DNA of 64,000 nt, from positions 10,244 to 74,243 of the forward strand of contig JALOQK010000001.1 of NCBI GenBank assembly GCA_025453395.1, in the 5' to 3' direction. This DNA comes from Candidatus Omnitrophota bacterium. GTDB taxonomy: Bacteria; Omnitrophota; Gorgyraeia; Gygaellales; Profunditerraquicolaceae. Made by a program: the position numbers and the translations under genes. How positions within the stretch are numbered: position 1 is the stretch's first letter; every line of letters starts with the position of its first letter. The notes under the pieces are model-generated. The model was not told the origin of the DNA. It did no database searches and saw nothing but the letters and a program-made list of their open reading frames with translations. Below, piece after piece: positions 1-7,791 of the stretch.

Positions 1-666
1 CTATATATGCAATAAATGTTCGTTAGCTTTAAGCCAACTTACGTGTTTTTTATAATCGGGGATAAGCGCCCTGACCTTACACCAGAAATTCGCTGAATGA
101 TTCCGCTCTTTTATATGCGCAAGCTCATGCGCCAGCACGCAATCAATTACCTCTAACGGCGCCATGGCCAATCTCCAGCTAAAATTCAAGCTACTCTTAT
201 TCGCGCAAGAACCCCAGCGCTTCTGGGCGCCGGTAATTGCGATAGACATATTATCAACTCCTGCTTGCCTCGCATACCAAGCTATCCGCTCTTCTATTCT
301 TTGCTTGATCTGGCTCTTATACCATTCTTTAAGATTCTCTTTTGCCTTTAAAAGCATGCTTCTTGGAAAATATAAATATTCTCCGATTGATATCTGTTTT
401 TCATCCACGATTTTCAGTCTAAAAGCCTCTCCCAGATACAAAAATTCTTCTCCATCAACAAATTCTTTAGGCCTAGTTTTTGGCCGGGATTGAATATCGC
501 TTATCTTTCTTTTAATCCAGGAACTTTTCTTACTCACAAGCTTTTCAATATAATCAAGCGGCAAGCGCATAGGCGCGCGCACCGTCAAAGCCGCATCCGG
601 GCTTATAACCAGCGCAACTGTCCGACGCTTGGACCTAATAATCTTATGTATTTTAATCTGTTCCAT
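1..666 (-). CDS. M48/YgjP (DUF45)-family metal-dependent hydrolase
   Basis: HELAH zinc motif, RWGSC, NHS..FW, N-terminal RSKRRT typical of YgjP/DUF45. Confidence 0.85.
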   Translation of the reverse strand: MEQIKIHKIIRSKRRTVALVISPDAALTVRAPMRLPLDYIEKLVSKKSSWIKRKISDIQSRPKTRPKEFVDGEEFLYLGEAFRLKIVDEKQISIGEYLYFPRSMLLKAKENLKEWYKSQIKQRIEERIAWYARQAGVDNMSIAITGAQKRWGSCANKSSLNFSWRLAMAPLEVIDCVLAHELAHIKERNHSANFWCKVRALIPDYKKHVSWLKANEHLLHI

Positions 667-672
667 ATTAGA

Positions 673-942
673 TTAGCGAAAATTATAGTGTTTGCGCACA
701 GCTTTCTTAATATCCCATACGCAAGAAAGGCCTTTGGGGAAAGTTACAAAATCCCCCTTGCCAAAACTTATCTTCTGTCCGTCTTTTGGCTCTATCACGA
801 CTTCGCCTTCTAAGATATAACACTCTTCTACCGAATCATAATGCCAGTTAAACCGCGAAACTTCTTTGGCCCAGATAGGCCATTCAAAAACCCCCATCTC
901 GTCAAGCTCTTCCTGGCTTAACTTCTGAACTTTGATTTCCAT
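673..942 (-). CDS. cupin_3 (DUF861) domain protein
   Basis: WPIW..E..F.WHY...EECYILEG, GD.V.FPKG..C.W pattern; AGGAG RBS. Confidence 0.85.
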   Translation of the reverse strand: MEIKVQKLSQEELDEMGVFEWPIWAKEVSRFNWHYDSVEECYILEGEVVIEPKDGQKISFGKGDFVTFPKGLSCVWDIKKAVRKHYNFR

Positions 943-955
943 AAAACAGCTCCTT

Positions 956-1156
956 TTATCTGCCGCTTTTGGTTTTTATGAAATTCTCCATTGAACGGTC
1001 ATAGGTGCGCCCAGCTTTTTTATCAAAATAACAAGCCGGCAGTTCATTGTTTGAGCGATGATAGGCAATACATTCACAACACACTCCATGCCTGGGACAC
1101 CCGGGATAAGTGCAGTTACATACCGCATCATTCTTTTTCTTATTTAAGCAGTCCAT
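956..1156 (-). CDS. small Cys-rich protein (DUF6485-like)
   Basis: [22 protein letters not shown]...LPACYF...DRS motif. Confidence 0.7.
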   Translation of the reverse strand: MDCLNKKKNDAVCNCTYPGCPRHGVCCECIAYHRSNNELPACYFDKKAGRTYDRSMENFIKTKSGR

Positions 1157-1194
1157 TTTCTCTTAAGCGCAAGGTGCGCCCATATTCCAACAAC

Positions 1195-2184
1195 CTACCT
1201 TATGATCTTCCATTCTTTTTTCGCTGAAATCATTTTACGGCATAATGTTATATCTTGCTCGGTAAATAAAGAAACCTCTTTTCGCGCAGGAAAATCTTCC
1301 AACATTATTCCCAGCGCCTCGGCTGCCCAATACCTTGCAGGCAAAAGTATTGTATCGTCTGACTCGTACAGCGGCCCCTCATCACTATTTAAGTACTTCG
1401 CCAAAACAGGAATTACCTCTGGTTGGCGTATATATTGCAGGCGGCTAAATAAGACGCTATATCTCATCATCTTGTCTTTCTCCTGCTCTACTAATTGGAT
1501 ACACCGTATTATATCCTCTTTGCTTCCCATGCGCGCCCGTGCCCTGCGCGCAGCCCAGCTAGTTGTTCCGTACCAACTACCGGCATGTTCTTTTTTCTCA
1601 TATTGACGTTCGTCTTCAAGAAGATTTTTCAATAACGACAGTATCGATTTTATATCTGCCACGCCGCAAATAAGTATAATATTATGAAAATCTCTACTGG
1701 AATCTGATTTCGCGTAATATGATAAAAAATCATTCTCCAGCCACTTCTTTGTATCTCTAGAAAAATCTGATGCGGTGAAATCTAAAAGACACTTAGCTAC
1801 ATGCGGTTGCACAAGAGGAGAAGAATCTGCCAGCGATCTGGTAAGAATACCAACGATACGGATGCGATCAGCCTTGAGGGGAGCGTTATTTACCCCTATT
1901 TGCCACAGCATTGCACAAGAAATATACCTGACGTGTTCTGAATCATCATGCATGTATCGTTCAAGGAAAGGCAATAAATTTACACCATAAGTTTCTACTA
2001 ATTGATTGGTCCTTATTGTAACTGCTTCTCTGTTCTTGGTCTGACTCATCAAAGTTGCAAGCGAGCTTTCCATTTCCGATAAAGAAGTTTCTTTTTCTTG
2101 GGAATAGCCAGAAGCCAGAATAACTGTTCCTGTGAAAACGAAACTGAATAGCAAATAAATCATTACTCTGAATTTTATCGACAT
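1195..2184 (-). CDS. secreted hypothetical protein, HEAT/ARM-like helical repeats
   Basis: 329-aa ORF with N-terminal hydrophobic signal; repeats such as LERYMHDDSEHVR, LTRSLADSSPLVQ, VIPVLAKYLNSD. Confidence 0.6.
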   Translation of the reverse strand: MSIKFRVMIYLLFSFVFTGTVILASGYSQEKETSLSEMESSLATLMSQTKNREAVTIRTNQLVETYGVNLLPFLERYMHDDSEHVRYISCAMLWQIGVNNAPLKADRIRIVGILTRSLADSSPLVQPHVAKCLLDFTASDFSRDTKKWLENDFLSYYAKSDSSRDFHNIILICGVADIKSILSLLKNLLEDERQYEKKEHAGSWYGTTSWAARRARARMGSKEDIIRCIQLVEQEKDKMMRYSVLFSRLQYIRQPEVIPVLAKYLNSDEGPLYESDDTILLPARYWAAEALGIMLEDFPARKEVSLFTEQDITLCRKMISAKKEWKIIR

Positions 2185-2229
2185 AAGTATCTAGTCTTAA
2201 AAGAATCACCCATTTTTTGCTCTCACAAT

Positions 2230-2283
2230 AAAGGGGACGATTCTATTTATTCCATTATCAGGAATCATAGAAACGCCCCCTTT
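2230..2283. repeat. REP-like palindrome (AAAGGGGACG-TTCTA...TAGAAACGCCCCCTTT); relatives at 22601-22653 and 29281-29338
   Basis: imperfect inverted repeat; three related copies seen. Confidence 0.65.
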
Positions 2284-2310
2284 TGGTTGTGCTCATCACA
2301 GAAACTATAT

Positions 2311-2532
2311 TATGGCTCGACAGAGCCCTTATTTAAGGTACGCCGCCGCATTCGCTGGGCTTACTCCGGCTCGTCAGAGCCTCGCCGGAGTCCGTTTTTC
2401 TTTTTTAAAGGTACAGCGGCGCATTCGTTAGGATTACTCCGGCTCGTCAGAGCCTCGCCGGAGTCCGTTTTTCTTTTTCTATATGTTGCGAGAAATTATC
2501 TCCAGATAATTTCTCGCATTAAGGAAGAAAAA
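2311..2532. repeat. tRNA 3'-trailer repeat module: two 73-bp units plus GCGAGAAATTATCT/AGATAATTTCTCGC hairpin
   Basis: AAGGTAC recurs at 2335 and 2408; core shared with 29358-29460; hairpin shared with 32347-32416. Confidence 0.85.
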
Positions 2533-2621
2533 CGGAGAGGCTGGGATTTGAACCCAGGGACCCAGTTTCCCAGGTCAACTCATTAGCAGTGAGTTGCTTT
2601 CGACCACTCAGCCACCTCTCC
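2533..2621 (-). tRNA. tRNA-Ser(GCT)
   Basis: GGAGAGG/CCTCTCC acceptor stem, ACTCA-CTGCTAA-TGAGT anticodon arm, long variable arm, GGTTCAAATCC; CCA not encoded. Confidence 0.95.
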
Positions 2622-2623
2622 TT

Positions 2624-2735
2624 GAGCACAAAAATCTTTTATCCAGCGAAACTTCGCGAAGCGAAGTAAGAGCACAAAAATCTTTTATCCAGCGAAACTT
2701 CGCGAAGCGAAGTAAGAGCACAAAAATCTTTTATC
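2624..2735. repeat. 46-bp tandem repeat (about 2.4 copies) in the tRNA 5' leader
   Basis: unit GAGCACAAAAATCTTTTATCCAGCGAAACTTCGCGAAGCGAAGTAA; same family at 32507-32683. Confidence 0.9.
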
Positions 2736-2775
2736 TATCTCACCTTGGAATAAAGGATTGCCAAGTGCGCATTTG

Positions 2776-3528
2776 CTATGCAGACTTTACCAAAATATCC
2801 AATTCCTGCTGGAATGATTGCTCGCTAATGCGCGCGTCAAAGAACATCGTAGCCTGAGCATTCAACCAGGTATCTTTAATCCTTCCGATATCCCGCTTTT
2901 GATGAATACCAGAATCATCAAAGTTAGCGTCTGAATACAGCAAAATCGAAGTATCCTGATTCTTGGATTTCTTTAGCGCAAGCATAAACTGTCCCGCGTC
3001 CTGCGTTACAAGATTAAGATGGACAATAAGCAGATTATATTTAAATTTATTGACCTCTTCCCAGAAAAGCCTCTCTTCATTAACCGGGCTGATCACGTAA
3101 TTATATTTATGCAAAGCAAGCGATACCCGGTCCACCAAAGAGGTATTGTCTGTCAATACCAGCGCCTTGGTCTGAAGTAAAGACGTAACCCGATTCACCA
3201 ACATCCCCGCATCACAAGGTTTGTCCAGAAAATCATCAACCCCAAAAACCTCAAAAGTATCCTTCATCCTGTTCTTAGCTGTAAGCATGACAACCTTGAT
3301 CCCGCGGGTAGCCAGATCCTGGCGGATTTTCTTAAACAAAGTAAACCCGTCCATTACCGGCATAATATGGTCCAAAATTATCAAATCCGGCTTCTGTCTC
3401 TGGATCTTATTCCAGGCCTCTTGTCCATCTGAAGCAACATCAACAGAAAACCCCTCAGACTCAAAACGAGCCTTTAGCACTTTCTGCACATCAACTTCAT
3501 CATCAACAACCATTATTTTCTTATTCAT
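2776..3528 (-). CDS. response regulator: REC plus degenerate receiver-like domain
   Basis: IMVVDDE, IILDHIMP, MLTA, DKP; start moved to MNKKIM (AAAGG upstream). Confidence 0.85.
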   Translation of the reverse strand: MNKKIMVVDDEVDVQKVLKARFESEGFSVDVASDGQEAWNKIQRQKPDLIILDHIMPVMDGFTLFKKIRQDLATRGIKVVMLTAKNRMKDTFEVFGVDDFLDKPCDAGMLVNRVTSLLQTKALVLTDNTSLVDRVSLALHKYNYVISPVNEERLFWEEVNKFKYNLLIVHLNLVTQDAGQFMLALKKSKNQDTSILLYSDANFDDSGIHQKRDIGRIKDTWLNAQATMFFDARISEQSFQQELDILVKSA

Positions 3529-3548
3529 TTGACCTTTCCTTTTAGAAA

Positions 3549-4013
3549 TTATTGATTTTGCGCGCGCTTCTTGCGGAAGAATTCTGTCAAAAGACCAGCG
3601 CAATCTTCTTTTAAGACGCCGCCTTGCGCCTTTATGCGATGATTCAATTTTTTACTTGCGGCGATATTAAACACCGAGCCGCAGGCGCCGGTTTTAGGGT
3701 CGGCCGCGCCAAAAAATACATTTTTTACCCTGGCTAAGACAAGCGCTCCGGCGCACATACTGCAAGGTTCAATTGTAACATATAGCGCTGCGCCATTCAA
3801 CCACTTCTGCTGCAGATAATTTGTTGCGCTTGTTAAAGCGATCATCTCGGCGTGCGCGGTAGGATCTTTGAGGCGCTCAACCTGGTTATGTGCGCGGGAA
3901 ATTATCTTCCCCTCATGCACAATCACGCAGCCAACCGGAACCTCATCCTCTTCAAAGGCTTCTCTGGCCTCTTTCAAGGCCTCAAGCATGTAAAATTCAT
4001 CTAATTTCTTCAT
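3549..4013 (-). CDS. tadA: tRNA adenosine(34) deaminase TadA
   Basis: EVPVG, DPTAHAE, EPCSMC, DPKTGA, FFR motifs. Confidence 0.95.
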   Translation of the reverse strand: MKKLDEFYMLEALKEAREAFEEDEVPVGCVIVHEGKIISRAHNQVERLKDPTAHAEMIALTSATNYLQQKWLNGAALYVTIEPCSMCAGALVLARVKNVFFGAADPKTGACGSVFNIAASKKLNHRIKAQGGVLKEDCAGLLTEFFRKKRAQNQ

Positions 4014-4014
4014 G

Positions 4015-4120
4015 AAAGCTAAAAATTAAAAGCGTAAAACGAAAAACCACATCGTAAAATTCAAAATTTTTAATTTTAAATTATAGCTTTGCGTTTTTAG
4101 TTTTGCGCTTTTAGCTTTAA
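4015..4120. repeat. AT-rich, roughly 7-nt periodic imperfect palindrome
   Basis: AAAGCTAAAA..TAAAAGCGTAAAAC versus GTTTTGCGCTTTTAGCTTT; abuts the tadA start. Confidence 0.7.
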
Positions 4121-4132
4121 AAGCGCGCCCAG

Positions 4133-4175
4133 CCCTTCGACTCGTCCGCCAAAATGCGGCGTCCTCGCTCAGGAC
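4133..4175. repeat. REP-like element CCCTTCGACTCG...CTCGCTCAGGAC
   Basis: resembles a small palindromic repeat type recalled from other genomes; single copy here. Confidence 0.4.
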
Positions 4176-4199
4176 GGGCGTTGACTTGCAACAAATATA

Positions 4200-4273
4200 C
4201 GCGCCCAGCAGGAGTTGAACCTGCAACAACTTGCTCCGTAGGCAAGTGCTCTATCCAATTGAGCTATGGGCGC
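4200..4273 (-). tRNA. tRNA-Arg(ACG)
   Basis: GCGCCCA/TGGGCGC stem, CTTGC-CTACGGA-GCAAG anticodon arm, GGTTCAACTCC. Confidence 0.95.
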
Positions 4274-4318
4274 ATAGTAAATGCGCGCTTGAGCCTGCCG
4301 GCAGGCAGGCAATACCGC
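4274..4318. repeat. tRNA-Arg 5' leader element shared with 48549-48590
   Basis: ATAGTAAATGCGCG..CTTG.GCCTGCCGGCAGGCA..ATACCGC at both loci. Confidence 0.85.
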
Positions 4319-4366
4319 ATAAGCGCAAGGTGCGCAAAATTTGTATGGTCGCACAAAAGAGTTTTT

Positions 4367-4394
4367 ATTATAACCTATTTTATCGCTTATTCAA
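4367..4394 (-). promoter_or_regulatory. sigma70-like promoter for tRNA-Arg(ACG)-tadA
   Basis: TTGAAT-16 nt-TATAAT on minus strand. Confidence 0.5.
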
Positions 4395-4411
4395 GGAGAT
4401 TGTTTTATTGC

Positions 4412-4467
4412 TACCCGGAATTGTTTCATAATCTTATGCGCTGCATTGGTTTAGCTAAAGCGTCTAC
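4412..4467 (-). repeat. about 55-bp dispersed element, copy 1 (GTAGACGCTTTAGCTAA...TCCGGGT)
   Basis: matches 19196-19250 and 22539-22594. Confidence 0.8.
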
Positions 4468-4712
4468 TCTTTTATTTCCTCCAGTTCCTTGGCGCGCTGG
4501 GCCTGGATGCCTTCAATCTTGCTCTTGGTGTCATTAACAATGGATTTATAACTTGTGGTGCTTATGCCCTGCTCGTTAAGGGCTTTTTGAGTTTGCGTAT
4601 CGGTAATAACCGAGCCCTTCTTAAAATATTTATTCATCAGCTGAAAGTATAAAAACAAAACTATAACCGTAACAATCAATATCTCTATTAAAGCAAAACC
4701 TTTTTTAAGCAT
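4464..4712 (-). CDS. small prepilin-like protein
   Basis: KKG/FALIE class III signal peptide followed by hydrophobic helix. Confidence 0.75.
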   Translation of the reverse strand: MLKKGFALIEILIVTVIVLFLYFQLMNKYFKKGSVITDTQTQKALNEQGISTTSYKSIVNDTKSKIEGIQAQRAKELEEIKE

Positions 4713-4720
4713 CCTGCCTC

Positions 4721-5896
4721 CTACTTATTATCTGCGATCTGCTTAATGTAATTTATCGGAACGGCAAAATTTACATTTTGCGAGAAAAGAAACGAAGCTA
4801 AAGTCGTAATCCCCACTACTTCCCCGTATTCATTCAAGACCGGCCCGCCGCTAGACCCCGGAGAAACCGGCGCGGTCATCTGCAAAAGTTTCATTTTATC
4901 ATTTGAGCGTATCGCGCTTATCACCCCTGTTGAAACCGACCGCTCAAAACCTGAAGGATTTCCCAAAACCACAATATCCTGACCGTTCACCAGTCGGTCT
5001 GAATCTCCGGCAAAAAGAACCGGTAGATTTTCCGCCTTGATCTTAATCAAAGCTATGTCCAGATCCGGTACCCCCTTGATAAAATACGCCTCTTTATAGG
5101 TCTTATCCCCGATTTTTACTTCGACTTGCGCCGCCGATTCTACCACGTGGAAATTGGTCGCGATCACTCCGTCGCCTGAAACCACAAACCCGCTTCCCAA
5201 ACCAAGCCGCGTTCCGTATTTATTCTTAGTGGTAATCGTGGCCACCGCAGGCATGCATTTCTGAGAGATGTCTGTGGAACTCATCTTTTTTCTTTTTCTG
5301 CGGCTTAAAAAACTTAATTTAAAATTACCTATCTCCTGCATGGAGGCGCGCTTAAGCAAAACCCCCTTCTTGGGTTTATTCACCATGGCAATAATACTTT
5401 CAAACGGATTTCGCGCCTGGTCTTTATTGTCATCTTTATAACACTGCAGGGTGTAGGCGGTAAATAACGAAATAAAAATAATGCTTAAGATTACTTTGGT
5501 TACCTTCTTGAAACGCGCGCCCGCCCAAAGATTGATCATCCCCAATGGCGAGAGAGGCGGAATAAGGGTAAAGAAAACAAACCGCTTGCGAAAATACCAT
5601 TTCAAGTTCTTTTCATTCTTATCGCGCAGGAGGTTTGAAACAATCACCATCACAAACCACGATACGATCAGACTGCCGTGAAAAATAACTATTCCTAAAA
5701 GATTGTTCCTGCCTGCCGCATATCCCAACATGGCATTGCCCCATAAAATAAGCAAAAACCCCAGAATAAGCGGATGGTCCCCCAGGTTAGCGATAAACCA
5801 GTTTTTCGCCTTTTCGGGAGTAGCCCTTTTTATCTTGCGCCGGGAAACCCGAAGATACCTTCTGATTTTATTCTTTTTCTTTTTCTTTTTCATCAT
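4721..5896 (-). CDS. membrane-anchored S1C trypsin-like serine protease without PDZ domain
   Basis: TNFHVV, DIALIK, GSSGGP triad; about 4 N-terminal TM segments; start MMKKKK overlaps upstream stop. Confidence 0.85.
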   Translation of the reverse strand: MMKKKKKKNKIRRYLRVSRRKIKRATPEKAKNWFIANLGDHPLILGFLLILWGNAMLGYAAGRNNLLGIVIFHGSLIVSWFVMVIVSNLLRDKNEKNLKWYFRKRFVFFTLIPPLSPLGMINLWAGARFKKVTKVILSIIFISLFTAYTLQCYKDDNKDQARNPFESIIAMVNKPKKGVLLKRASMQEIGNFKLSFLSRRKRKKMSSTDISQKCMPAVATITTKNKYGTRLGLGSGFVVSGDGVIATNFHVVESAAQVEVKIGDKTYKEAYFIKGVPDLDIALIKIKAENLPVLFAGDSDRLVNGQDIVVLGNPSGFERSVSTGVISAIRSNDKMKLLQMTAPVSPGSSGGPVLNEYGEVVGITTLASFLFSQNVNFAVPINYIKQIADNK

Positions 5897-7026
5897 TAGA
5901 GCAGAGTTGGTATCTGTCCGAGGCACTTCTCCACCATCCCCGGGAAATCCTCCTCGGCGACCCTTAAGTCAAAAAAATTATCCGCCTTTGCTTCCAGCCA
6001 CTTGTTAGAGATCTCGCGCAGCACAACAATGTTTCCTGTTTCTGTCCCGGGGGTCTTAGAATTAGAATAAATAATAACCGGGGTATCCTTATTTTTATCT
6101 TTTTTTATAAGCGCTATAAACTGCGCGGGCTCATAATTAACCACAGATGGCACATAAACTACAATGAATTTATATTTAGAAAGCGCTAGATTCTCAAACA
6201 TTTCCTTTTCAGTTTTTACCAAAACCGCTTTACAGCCTCTATCCCAAATATCCTGGCCTATTTTCTTAGCTAATCCGTCGGCATCACAAAGCACAAGCGC
6301 CTTGGGCAAAAGAAGCTCTTTGGCAAGGTCCACAAGCTCTCCCGCGTCAAAGGGTTTAGGCATAAACGCGTCTGCCCCTGCCATTTCAAAAGAATCTTTT
6401 AACGGCCCCCGGGCGGTTAAAACAATTACCGGGATACTTGAGGCGTAGGGGTCGCTTTTAATTATCTTAAAAAATTCATACCCATTCATTACCGGCATCA
6501 TAAAATCAAGTATGATCAGGTCCGGAGATTCAGATTTTACTTTCTCAAGGCCCTCTTGGCCGTTGGTGGCGGTTACCACCGCATAGCGGTTCGCTCTAAA
6601 ACGCACCTCCAGGACTTTTAACAGATCTGCTTCATCATCAATAATAAGCACCTTTTTCCCGCGGATCTCTCCTAAAAACTTACGCGCCTTGCCCGCGACT
6701 ATCCCCGGAAGAAAAGGCTTCCTAAAAGAATCATTGATCTGCCCCTCTTCAAAAAGCTCCATCATGCTGCCGTACTCACTGGCGACAATAATCGGAATAT
6801 CCTTAGTTTCATGGTCTTTTTTAAGTTTGGCCGCGAGCTGATAACCATTAATCTTAGGCAAAATCACGTCCATTATAATCAGATTCGGAACTTGCGTCTT
6901 AGCTTTCATAAACCCGTCTTCACCGTCAAAGGCCACAACCACATCATAACGCTGGGCCTCAAGCTCTTTGCGCATCAACTCCAAGACTTCCACATCATCA
7001 TCAACAATGAGTATCTTCTTTGCCAT
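5896..7026 (-). CDS. REC-REC-degenerate receiver protein
   Basis: two canonical receivers (IIMDVILP; IILDFMMP) and a third domain homologous to the C-terminus of 2776-3528. Confidence 0.85.
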   Translation of the reverse strand: MAKKILIVDDDVEVLELMRKELEAQRYDVVVAFDGEDGFMKAKTQVPNLIIMDVILPKINGYQLAAKLKKDHETKDIPIIVASEYGSMMELFEEGQINDSFRKPFLPGIVAGKARKFLGEIRGKKVLIIDDEADLLKVLEVRFRANRYAVVTATNGQEGLEKVKSESPDLIILDFMMPVMNGYEFFKIIKSDPYASSIPVIVLTARGPLKDSFEMAGADAFMPKPFDAGELVDLAKELLLPKALVLCDADGLAKKIGQDIWDRGCKAVLVKTEKEMFENLALSKYKFIVVYVPSVVNYEPAQFIALIKKDKNKDTPVIIYSNSKTPGTETGNIVVLREISNKWLEAKADNFFDLRVAEEDFPGMVEKCLGQIPTLL

Positions 7027-7031
7027 AATAC

Positions 7032-7406
7032 TTATTCACTTATCCTTTTTTGTATTTCACCTAAAAGATCATTTGGCTCATAAGGCTTGGCAATAAAAAA
7101 ATTACCTCCGGATTCCCTGCCGATATGCTCCTCGTCATTTTTCGTCACCAGGCAAGTCAGGAATATAACCGGAATATTCTTAGTTCCAGGATCCTGCTTT
7201 AATGCTGCCGCCACGTCCGCGCCGCTAATATCCGGCATCATAAGGTCCAAAAGGATTAAATCCGGTTTTTCTTTCTTGGCCAAGAATATAGCGTCCTCTC
7301 CATTATTGGCCTTTAGTACCGCATAGCCGGTTTTTGAAAGCCTTTGATCCAAAACTTTCAAGACATTCTGCTCGTCATCAACTACAAGTATTCTTTTCTG
7401 TGCCAT
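7032..7406 (-). CDS. single-domain response regulator
   Basis: ILVVDDE, LLDLMMP, FLT, AKP; start at MAQKR. Confidence 0.9.
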   Translation of the reverse strand: MAQKRILVVDDEQNVLKVLDQRLSKTGYAVLKANNGEDAIFLAKKEKPDLILLDLMMPDISGADVAAALKQDPGTKNIPVIFLTCLVTKNDEEHIGRESGGNFFIAKPYEPNDLLGEIQKRISE

Positions 7407-7422
7407 AAAATTATCCCCTTTC

Positions 7423-7791
7423 TTAACTAAGAAATTTTTTCGCCTTATTAACCAATCCTGCAGAATCAAACGGCTTAAGCAAGTAATCATCCGCCTTAAC
7501 CTGTTTTATCTTCTCATCAAGCTGATCCACGCTTGCGGTAAAAATTACCACCTTTATATTCTTTAACTTCTCATCGCTTTTAATTTGCTGACAAACATTG
7601 TACCCGTCTATTATAGGAAGGCGCAAATCCAGAAACATCATGTCTGGAGCAGTCTGCCGGACAAAATCCAAAGCCTGCTGGCCATTAATAGCGGTAAAAA
7701 CTTCGTAGCCGGCCATTTTCAAACGCACTATCGCTACCTTTAACACATCTGGCTCATCATCAACAACAAGTATCCTCTTAGGCATGGTCAT
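7423..7791 (-). CDS. single-domain response regulator
   Basis: ILVVDDE, FLDLRLP, FTA, LKPF. Confidence 0.9.
   Translation of the reverse strand: MTMPKRILVVDDEPDVLKVAIVRLKMAGYEVFTAINGQQALDFVRQTAPDMMFLDLRLPIIDGYNVCQQIKSDEKLKNIKVVIFTASVDQLDEKIKQVKADDYLLKPFDSAGLVNKAKKFLS

Noticed and set aside
2287-2857. ORFs 2287-2586 and 2594-2857 (also 4026-4229, 4154-4537, 48556-49002)
   Set aside because: They run across tRNA genes or non-coding repeats; spurious.
1164-4335. att-like 16-bp direct repeat TAAGCGCAAGGTGCGC at 1164 and 4320
   Set aside because: It is a small hairpin, encloses core genes (tadA, tRNAs), and no integrase is present.
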